Shown here: one piece after another, positions 9,181 through 18,818 of the stretch
How the letters are laid out: every line of letters begins with the position of its first letter
Numbering within the stretch: position 1 is the first letter of the stretch
Source of the DNA: Halocafeteria seosinensis
Lineage: Eukaryota
Direction of reading: 5' to 3'
Length of the DNA: 20,000 bases
Assembly (NCBI GenBank): GCA_001687465.1
Contig: LVLI01000035.1
Span: forward strand, 171,891 to 191,890
Made by a program: the position numbers and the translations under genes
Notes under the pieces: generated by a model
The model's database searches: none
Seen by the model: only the letters and a program-made list of their open reading frames with translations
Told to the model about the DNA's origin: nothing

Positions 9181-11706
9181 CTACTGTCGTTGAGAAACTG
9201 ACTGGAATGCCGATTGTTTCCCAGCAGATCTGCTGCATCCGGCAGCCGCTTCCACGGGTGTCGGACTCGTGGCAGCGTCCACTTTGTCACTCGCTTGAGA
9301 TGTTCTCCAGCCGTCGTCAAAATTATATAACCGTTGATAGAGATCATGGGATCTATTTCTCTTTTCTCGGAGCTGTTTAATGTTAGATCTCAACATACTT
9401 AGTTGCTGGGAGAACATTTGGTTCGTCAGAGCTATAGCGTTTTCATAGCTATTTACATGCTGCTGCATGAATGGTGGGGGCTGTCTGGATTTTGATTGAG
9501 TCTGGCCTTCAGTACTATCATCTCCGTTTCCCTCTTTCCTGTGTCCGGTGGCATCATTGGTTCCTTCCTCCTTGTATAGATTTTCAGCCAGATGTCTATA
9601 GATGCGACTCTGATACCCATTTTCTTGAGGAAACCGACGAGGCCCCCTATCCTGATGCTGGTAGGGATATTGTGGAACTTGTGGGTACACACCCGGTGAC
9701 ACGAAAGGATAAGACGCCCCTGGGAACACATACGAAGCCATCTGTGGCATGTATTGCTGGGCTGCTGGAGGCATGGGAGCAGTAGGATAACCTGGCTGAA
9801 AGGTAAACCCGTAGGAGCCCTGTGGAGCTTGTGCGTACTCTGGTGGAGGGATCGGCGCATTGGCTGGATGGACACCATTAGGTTGTACAGCGGCATAGCC
9901 ACTGTGTGATGTATACGAACCATGGCTGCCTCCTTGTCTCCTGAAATGCTCCGAGCCAGTTGCTGGGGCAGAGACATTTCGATCATGCAACGATTCCTGC
10001 CCGGCTGGACTTCGTTGACTAGTTGCTGCTGCAGGGCCACAAGACACCGATGCACTAGTATGCTTCTGTGTGGGGGCAGTCACGCTTGGTTCAGGTGCAA
10101 CATGCTCTCTTAGAGGCGAATCTACTTGCAGTGCCTGGGAAGATGATGTTTTCTCGGAATGTCTCGATGCCCCAACCGTTGGGGATTCGTAGTCTTCAGA
10201 GTACGAATCCGCGGTGTTTCTACCATCAGAACCCGGAGGTTTGTTGACGGGGTGCTCCTCGATGGACTCTAATCGAGGAGCACCTGAGTCCATAACTCTT
10301 ATATCTTCCCGCAAAACCCCATCTTCATCATCGCCATCATCGTATACAATCCTATATGTGCCGTCATCGTTTACATCCGCCACCTTGCCAGTGAAATACT
10401 CTGTACCTCCTGCCCGGGCACCAAACAGAGCATTCACGCGCGTCCCGGGAGGAAGATTCTTTTCTCTGGAAGACGCTGTTTCCTTTGCTACGGGGCTGTC
10501 TAATTCCGACTCGGACACAAAGCTTTCGGAGTATGCGTCATCGTATTCATTGCTCGTATTTCTCCCTGCCTGCTTCGACATGGGTAGACTGTTGCTTTCG
10601 TCGGCACCAAAATCATTAGATTCCACTTCCTCAGCAACGTCTCCAGGTTGCTGCATTTTGGAGATTGTCTGTATTTTCTTATATGGTACGTTTTGCTGGA
10701 CTTCGTTGTTAGTATCAGAGTCATCGTTCGTGTCACTGCTTTCCACAGAGAAGGCGGTGTCATCTTTCGTATTCGCTGCTTGTGTTGCGGAAGACACAGT
10801 TGCACTAGGTCCTTTGCTAAGGGAAAACGCATTGTTGCCCCTTGGGTCCAAGAACTTAATGTTGTTTCTCTGTACGAAGCTATCACTTGCAGACTCAGAC
10901 ATGGAAAGCTCCTCCGAGCTGATTCCGTATCTCGTTCCGCCAGCAGGGTCCTCCCGAGCTGCTGGTTTAACAGAGGAAGGCATCGGATGTTCATTGAGAA
11001 CAACGGTTGGTTCAGTGTTTAAACCAGAAGGAGGGCGGTCTCTGTTCTCAGATACCGTCCCTGGCTTCTGTTGTGGAGATTCTTCTTCCTCGAAAGACGA
11101 CGTCCCCGTGTCGAAGCTTTCTGACATTTCCCTGCAAGACCCGAATCTTCATTTTCTGGACTATTCCTAGCTTTCATTTAATTATGTTACTTACAATGCA
11201 TCACTTGTTTGGGTGGTCCTTTTGGCCTGGGTGGCTTGTTTCAAGCCGTATTTATTCAAATAGTATTGTGCCTTTGAAACAGGGTTGTCTTCAGTTCGCC
11301 TTCTAGCAAACTCCTCAGTCTGTTGGCGGCGCTGCGTTGGTGGCGATCCATTACTGCTGTGTTTCTTTCTCTGGTTAGAGGGTGAATGGTGTTTCTTCTG
11401 CGAATGTCTTCTGCCCTGTCGTCCTTGTTGCTCCTCCTCGGCGTCATCATCGTCCTCGTCATCGACAATTTCAAAATCATAGGGGTCCGAAGAGCCGTGT
11501 TTTCCACTCTGCGGTTGTTTCTTGCGGTGTGTCGTCCATAACTCGCCGTATACTTTGGATTTAGGCGGTTCCTCAACCCCGACATCGAACTCATAGTCGT
11601 AGGCATGTTGCTGTCGCCGTGACGACTGCTGCTGTTGCTTGTAGGCTCGATTAGCACTGCCACTCCCGGCCAAAGCCGCCGCCGCCGAGCTCAAACGCCC
11701 CGACAT
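9181..11706 (-). CDS. Largely disordered protein (about 820 aa) with one Tudor/Agenet-like domain and a helical C-terminal region. Exons 11706-11195, 11131-9181.
   Basis: A 63-nt intron 11194-11132 (GTAAGT..TTGCAG) joins the 171-aa and 648-aa ORFs in frame. Tudor-like LPPGTRVNALFG..EYFTGKVADVNDDGTYRIVYDDGDDEDGVLREDIR at about 10455-10291. The rest is S/E/D- and P/Q/Y-rich. Confidence 0.82.
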
Positions 11707-12148
11707 TTAATTGATGACTATGCCTCCTCTCGTACTGTTGTACAAGTAGTTGTACTTGTGGTACAACCGGATGCTTTTGTTCGAGGGGAAAGAAGGACGC
11801 ACGCTTCTTCTCTTTACCGAGGCCAGCAACCAACCTTCCTTGCTCGCGAGTGTACTCTACAGCAAGCACAATAAGTGCCATCGAATCAACCCAACGATAA
11901 TCCTTCCTTTGCCAACACCATGGCATGGACCCTGTCTTTGCGTTGGGAAGAGGAGAACCTTACCTGTTAACTTAACGCTTCCTGCTTCACAGACCAGCTA
12001 CCTGGCTGCCTTGTGAAGATGGCCGAGACCATGATGTGTTAAGTCCACATGTACATGAAACAGAGAGTATTGCTGGCGAGTTCCCTTTGCAACTGGAGCG
12101 CTAAAGTTACCTAAGTTCGACGCAAAGCATCGTGTTTTAAGTGACAAG

Positions 12149-13387
12149 ATGTCAGCTAAACTTGCTGCGGAGCATCTCTTCGGTATCTCGGGGAAAACCA
12201 GGTGCGTACCGATTTTGTCTGCACGATACACAGTGTAGGGCATTGCAAAAGGGGGATACTCTTAAGTGACATGATTATTCCTGCTAACTGGTATTGGTAT
12301 TGCCTCCTTTGTTTGTATTGACAGTGTCGTCACCGGAGGCGGTCGTGGAATTGGATACCTCATCGCCAAGACCTTTGTTCAAAACAATGCCAAAGTATAC
12401 ATTACCTCGCGGAATGAAAAAGCCTGCAAGGTATACATGGAATACTGTGGTTTGTTCCGTATGCTCATGTAAATTTTTTTCTATGAATCCCGCAGACAGC
12501 TGCAGACGAGTTAACCAAGCTCGGACCAGGCGAATGTATCCCAATGGCTCATGATCTGAGCTCGTTGGAAGGATGCTCTACTTTCACTGAAGAGCTGCAG
12601 AGTAGAGAAGACAAACTGCACATACTCGTCAATGTACGTTTTATTGCTTGTTTCGCGGACGCATGGATCAACACAAAATTGACGAAGAATCGCTCCAAGA
12701 TATGCAGAACTCAGGAACTAGCTGGGGAGAACCACTGGATACTTATCCTGATCATGCATGGGGTAAAGTATTCGATTTGAATGTGAAAACCGTCTTTAAT
12801 CTTTCGAGGGCGTGTTTGCCGTTACTTGATTCTGCTGCCACGGAAGAAGACCCCTCCCGGATTATTAATATTGGTAGCATAGCCGGGATTCAACCACAGC
12901 CAGTACCGACGTATGCCTACGATGCGAGTAAAGCCGCTGTACACATGCTTACGAAAAAGCTCTCGTCCGAATTTGCGGATCGACGCTCTGAAGGCGGATA
13001 CCGAATCACCGTCAATGCTATTGCACCGGGTTTCGTACCGTCGAAGATGTCCCAACAATTACTCACTTATACGAGCAAAGAAGCTATTGAAAGCGGTACG
13101 TTATTGGTTACACAATTTAAAGGGAGTGCTGTGTTTTTGGATAAATTATCTCTCTCATGCATGAGCAGCTGTACCACTTGGGCGCTTGGGGCAAGCGGAA
13201 GACATAGGCGGAGCTGCTCTCTATCTATCGTCGAAAGCAGGTACGTCCCGCAGTATTTGTGTGTAGTGTACAATACCGAGCGTCAATCTCGTTTACTGGC
13301 GTTCCAGGCGCGTGGGTTACTGGAGCTATTTTACCTGTTGATGGTGGAACCACTTCCCAACCTTTCCAAATGGTGCCGAATCTTTAG
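12149..13387 (+). CDS. Classical short-chain dehydrogenase/reductase, RhlG/FabG-like (about 278 aa). Exons 12149-12201, 12325-12430, 12496-12633, 12708-13095, 13169-13240, 13308-13387.
   Basis: The spliced product reads GKTSVVTGGGRGIG, KVYITSR, LHILVNNSGTSWG, RIINIGSIAG, catalytic YDASK, [50 protein letters not shown]. Five GT-AG introns (123, 65, 74, 73, 67 nt). Confidence 0.93.
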
Positions 13388-13474
13388 CGCATCTTGCCCA
13401 TGGACTATGTATACTGCCATTACAGCTTCTAGTACGGGGACGGTCAACTGACGATACTACCACTACTGTTGCTT

Positions 13475-14222
13475 CTATTCTTCATCGTCTGCATCCTCGT
13501 TGTCGGTTGTATCTGTATAGTTTTCGCTTCCTTCGGATTTCGGAGTCCAATCGGGAACCGTGGTGTGCCCGTCACAGTATAGAATTAAGCGCGAGGATAA
13601 CTCTGGGGCGTTCACATTCAACACCCTGCAGACATACGAGAGAGTTGCCAAGTAATATACTGTGCTACTGTTTGAGGGAATCTGGACATACATGCACTCG
13701 TCTTTGTCTCGCTGCTCATCTTCCAGATCCATAATGGTAACCGCAGGTGGCTGCATGCGTAATATGCACTACAATAGCGCAGCGTGCAGCCTGAGAATAT
13801 CGGGCACTTACATCTTTACAGAAGATAGATATTTCCTTGGGTCCGTTGTCTTTCCCGTCAGCGTCTTGATGCTGTATTCTCTGTTGACGTTTCCTCTCTT
13901 GGCGGTAGAGTTTGTCTATTTCTCGTTGGAGTTTATGCACTTCCACCTCTGCCGGGTTAGCCGGAGATTCGATCTCGTTCTGAAGCTCTTTGATCTTTGC
14001 CTCTGCTTCATGCAATGACTTCTTTAGTGCCTGAACAGTTTGCTCGTACTCGTTTCGTACGGCACTGCATGATCCTTCCCCACTGGGTGAGTGCCCTTGC
14101 TGATGGATTCCTGTGTGGGGAACTGAGCCCTGTATTTCAAACGCTTCACTGGAGCCCAGCGCCATAAGCAGCACAGATACTACCAACAAAGCAGTCTGCA
14201 TCTTTCTTCGGGGCTCTCCCAT
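13475..14222 (-). CDS. Uncharacterised signal-peptide, coiled-coil protein with an acidic tail (about 206 aa). Exons 14222-13812, 13750-13692, 13625-13475.
   Basis: N-terminal ALLVVSVLLMALGSSEA|F signal peptide and heptad-like segment EYEQTVQALKKSLHEAEAKIKELQNEI. Introns 13811-13751 (GTAAGT..GCAG) and 13691-13626 (GTATGT..GCAG) keep the frame. Confidence 0.72.
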
Positions 14223-14396
14223 GCTAGTATGTCATTCATATAATGCTGTGTTGCTCATACGGTCGTCGGCTAGGATGTGTTTATAGCTATGTCTACTTGT
14301 ACGCGCTCCAGGGACAGACAGACACCAACGGGGCACAAAACGCTTACTACCACAAGCACCGATCCCGTGACGGCAGTCAACACTCTCTCTTGCTGA

Positions 14397-14954
14397 TACA
14401 CTAAAAAGTTAGGAGCAGGAACAAAAAATACGCAGTCAAATTACAAGACCGTCTACCCTTGGTATACTTCTGGGCTACAAGTTCTGGTATTCTATCCTGG
14501 AACTTCAACAAGAGACCTTACACGTCGATTAAACACAGGATTACAGAGCAACATGATTAAATATGTAGGGATTTTCCGGCTATAAGGGAGTTCCGTGGGA
14601 TTCAAAGGGGTTTCTAAGAAGCTGGTGCTTGTCACCTGGGCTGCAGAGCATACTCCGATACAGTTCAGAATGGGGAACGTACGTACTCTGCCCGAAATCT
14701 TAGTCAAAATGAAAAACGGCTTTGAAGCAGACGGCAATATGGATCATACGCACAATATCAATGGACTCAACCGCTTCCTTGATATGAGGCAGAAAGAATT
14801 CGCAGCAAATAATATTGGGATAACTCCCCTGGAGTACATACGTAGCATCTACAAGTGTGCGCGTTCAAAGCCAAGAAAACTAAAAGACGACTTAACTACC
14901 AGGTTCACAGTCAACTATAAGTTACTATCAGCAAGGAAGGAGGAATTAACCTGA
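14397..14954 (+). pseudogene. Interrupted frame with ADF-H (cofilin/coactosin)-like similarity; probable pseudogene
   Basis: Open from 14397 to 14954 except for TAA at 14583-14585: LTRRLNTGLQSNMIKYVGIFRL*GSSVGFKGVSKKLVLVTWAAEHTPIQFRM. This resembles the ADF-H core (..Y..F.....K.V.I.W.P...P...KM). No convincing start codon or intron bypasses the stop. Confidence 0.35.
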
Positions 14955-14959
14955 TACTT

Positions 14960-17524
14960 CTAGGTGAGATCAGTCCTATGAGACAGAAGGTACTGCTTAG
15001 CGATCTTCTCGTCACGGTCGGAATCGTCCAACAAGGGAAGCAGCGTGTCCTGTACCCGCTTATTGTAGGCATTTACCCATTCCTTCTCCTGCGGGGTCAG
15101 CATAGACAGCTCCATCAGCGACGTCTGCAAAGGGGCGCACGTTATAGACTCAAAATAGCAGTAGGATTTGTCACTGCAGCCGAGCTTCGATCCATGCTCC
15201 CTTTGGCGTACAGTCAAAACATCTTCGATGCGAATCCCAAATTTCCCTTCTTCGTAATAGCCTGGTTCAATTGTAAATATCATGCCTGGTTTTAGCCCAG
15301 AGTCATTGGCACTGGCTCCTTGACGTATAGCAGGGGGAGCTTCATGGACATTCAAGTGTGCACCGACCCCATGGCCTGTGCCGTGGGAGTAATTCAATCC
15401 CTCGTTCCATAAAAATTGCCGTGCAAAGCCATCTACTTGATACCCAAATGCCCCGTGGGGAAATACGGCGTTGGAACAGGCGATAAACCCCTTAAGCACT
15501 AAGGTGTAGAGTTTGCGTTGCTCCTCTGTTGGGCGAGAAAAGTGCACTGTCCGGGTTCTGCGTCATAAGGTCCATTCGAGCATGACCACCGTATACGATC
15601 ACGAATAAAACATCGTCAACTTACATATCGGTGGTGCCGTCCGAGTATTGGCCTCCCGAATCACACAGATATAGTGAATGGGGATCCAGAACAGAGCATG
15701 CGTCTTGCGTAGGGCTATAATGGATGACGGCGCCGTTAGACCCAGTGCTAGAAATCGTTTCAAAAGAGAGCGACTTGAATTCCGGGTTTTCTTGGCGGAA
15801 CGATTTTAGCTTTTCAGCTACCCAATACTCGGTAAGCTGCCGTTCTTCGCACAGGCGTTTCTCCCATGATGCTTGATCCAGACCCTCCTTGCCGGCACGG
15901 GACGAGGCTTCCTCAAGAACACTATTTATTTGATCATGCAACCACGCCAGGTACTTAACGATGGCTCTCCCATCGCGTATGTGGCATCTTCTCATTCCCT
16001 CGATTTCTTCTTGCGTCTTGATCGACTTTAGCTCTTTTATCGGACTCGTGCGCTCTACAACTGTAGTAGGTGGTAAGAGCATTTGAATTCCCAGGCTACA
16101 GGATTGAGGATCAATCAGGATAGTGTGCTTCGTGCGTCCAGAGTTTGAGTCGTACAAAGTACTGGCTAGTTCAGCCACGTCGGCACGAAACATAGAATAT
16201 GCTTTCACACGTAATTGATCGCCAAGTTGATGCTGGAGCAATTCAAGGGGTTCTTTTGATCCCCTGCGATCTTGGTCCATGTACAGGTAGACTTCTTTCG
16301 GTCCAAGCAATACATAAGCGAAGAAAAGCGGATTATATGCGATGTCAGTTCCCCTGAGATTTAATAGCCATGCAATTTCGTCCAGGGCAGTCACGAGTAT
16401 ATAACTAACTCCCGAGCTGTTCAGAATGCCACGGACTTTTGCGACTTTCTCCTGGACGGATATCCCAGAAAAAGAAGTATCAACAATGCGTAGCGGTTCA
16501 CGTGGACGTTCTGGCTGTGAACTGCGCCAAACACTGTCGACAAAGTTGCTTTCTATAGGGAAAACTCCAACTCCATGAGAAGCCAATGAAGATGCCAGTT
16601 GCCTGAGTTTCGTCGGAAAACACCTATGTTTCAAATAGTCGTATTCCATTCCAAACGGACGCTCATACGTACAAGGCTTTTGAAACAGGAAACAGAGAAG
16701 GGTCGATTGCAACAATAGCAATGCAGCGGGACAAATAGCTGGAGTCTCCTTGAAGAACCTTCGTCCACAGCTCATAGGGCAAGCAATAGGTTCTGTCTCC
16801 AAATTGTTGAGCAATCCAGGAGCGTACAGTCAATGCTGAGTCATCATGAACATTAATCATAGACCAAAATGAATTCAGTTGTGATTTAGCTTGTGTGACG
16901 TAGCGGCCATCGGTCCACAAGATCGCTTTCTCCTGCGTAATGACTGCATCTCCATAGCTTCCGGTAAAACCTGTAACGAAAGCGAGGCGCTCATCTGCCT
17001 CAGCGATATACTCATTCTGTATAGAGAACACCAAAACCACTATTTCGGGTCGAAATAACAATCAAGCGGGCATCGTACGTACACTGTGGTTGTCATTGTG
17101 GGGCACGATGTAAGCATCGATGACTCTGCCAGTGGGACCCTCTGCATCGAGAACATTCAAGAAACGCGTATAAACTGCCCCTTGCTCGAAGGAGATTTGG
17201 TCATGTCGCACCTTTCTCCAGCTTCATCCTCTCTCGGATGCGCTGTAATACTTCGTGGGAGCCGGGCGCTGGCGCCAGTGTAGTATGCTTGCTAGTGGTA
17301 GACATGGTGTTGCTCGCGTATCCACGTATACTTGTTCCCTGTGTGGGTGTACAACAATAACGCGGGGAATGAAATGGACGGAAGTGATCTACCCTCGTAT
17401 ATGCACGCTGCGACTGTGCCTGTCTGATCGTACAGAGCCACTTGCTGTGGCTGCTGCTCGTCGTGTAGGATTCCCGAAGTACTCGTGCTGCTGCTGCTCC
17501 CGGTCGAGAGAGCCTACACAGCAT
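14960..17524 (-). CDS. XPNPEP1: Xaa-Pro aminopeptidase P (M24B, XPNPEP1/AMPP type) with an N-terminal mitochondrial presequence (about 763 aa). Exons 17524-17212, 17141-17083, 17016-16673, 16602-15625, 15557-14960.
   Basis: Motifs DAYIVP..D.H.NEYI..ADER.AFVTGFTGS.G, LWTDGRY, ALDEIAWLLNLRGTDI.YNP, SFETISSTGSNGAVIHY, LCDSGGQYSDGTTDITRT, HGTGHGVG.HLNVHE, EPGYYE.GKFGIRIED. Four GT-AG introns (70, 66, 70, 67 nt). The intron 3 acceptor could instead be the TAG at 16624. Confidence 0.95.
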
Positions 17525-17826
17525 TCCTCTAATAATGCAGAGTCTCCCGTTGAGCTCTCCTGGCGGAGACGACGGAGAGTAGACAACAATACCGCACGAC
17601 TACTCTTACAATCCAATCGTGTTGTCTGCTTCAATAGGAAGTTTGGGGTTGCCGAGGTCAAACTTGGGACTGTGGAAAGGCGTCGGGGTTGTTACCAACA
17701 ACATATTAGTATGTCGTGGTAACAAGTTCACTGTGGTTATTAAGTGCAGTTCGAAGGAGACCGTGTGTTGCTACTAAGAGGGAGGGGCGAAAAGGGACTC
17801 CAAGCAAAATAAATCGTGAGGTGATA

Positions 17827-18801
17827 ATGCAGGGTATACAGGGGACAAGACTTATGCGGCCTCTGCTTTGGACACAGATCCACAGGGCAAAGGCCAGTGT
17901 CCCCCCTGGTATCGCCAAACGAGCGTTCGCTACTGGGAAATCGTACTTTTTGAGACCGTGGCCCCGATATACACCCCACGACATCCAGAACTGGGCGCAA
18001 GGCAAGCACCATCGGAACCCACCCAAACATCTGCAGATGCAGAAACTAGGCCCTAGAGTGGATAATCATACAGAAAGACGAGTGCTTGGAGCTGCCAAGC
18101 GATATGGGTTCTTACAAATGGAGGAACACTGTGGAGAGGCTCCCTGTAACGAGTACTATCGCTACTGTTTCAATGTTAAGCGGCCATACCTGGCTCTCAA
18201 CAAACACGGGGATGAAATTTGCGTCGATTTGGCTCCAGGTAAACTTGTCACCATGGATGATTTTAGGGATATCGGTAAATAAATGATTTTGTCAATGTTT
18301 TTATGTTGATGTGGTGCAGTTGCGGGGCCTGGAAAAAAGGGAAAGGCTGAGACCGATGCTGTAATGAAACTTAAGGCAGCCTTCTCGGAAGCTGTCGGAC
18401 GAGAGACTGGAGTCTTTACACAAAACGACCAAACGAGACAGGCAACATTAGATTCTGTGAAAGAGCTGGAAAAAGCAGATGATAGTCTAAAGGAATTAAC
18501 CCAACAGGATTTGAACTACGTATTACAAACGAAGAAGCGCTCTCACAGCATTACTATCGCTCGACGTCTACATAAGGCCTTCTTCACGACATTGGGCCGA
18601 AAATCTCCCCAAGATCTGAAAGGAGAGCGGGAACAACTGAAGCAATCCCGACGTGATAGGAAACGGCAAATCGTGGAACGAAGAGTTTTAAAGCTTGCAG
18701 AGCTAAAGAAGCCACATCCTCAGGTCCCACCTGGATCACTCGATGGATTCCTTCAAGCTCGACGTCGCTCGGAAGATTTCTCGCAGAACGCAGGAAGCTG
18801 A
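17827..18801 (+). CDS. Uncharacterised basic protein with a predicted mitochondrial presequence (about 309 aa). Exons 17827-18274, 18320-18801.
   Basis: A 45-nt intron 18275-18319 (GTAAAT..GTGCAG) joins the 188-aa and 145-aa ORFs in frame. The N-terminus is Arg-rich, lacks acidic residues and ends in KRAF|AT. Confidence 0.75.
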
Positions 18802-18818
18802 GTTTCTTCTCTCCTATA

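Noticed and set aside
10214..11170. 318-aa plus-strand ORF and other overlapping ORFs (9453-10055, 10500-11003)
   Set aside because: Antisense or alternate-frame shadows of the low-complexity Tudor-gene exon, with no motifs of their own.
9181..14585. TAA/TAG reassigned to Gln, suggested by in-frame TAR codons at 5193, 9181 and 14583
   Set aside because: The intact genes have no internal TAR over thousands of codons, and several end in TAG or TAA at their expected C-termini.
1208..18319. Introner-type mobile introns, suggested by the uniform intron length
   Set aside because: The introns I compared by eye share no sequence beyond splice signals and show no terminal repeats.
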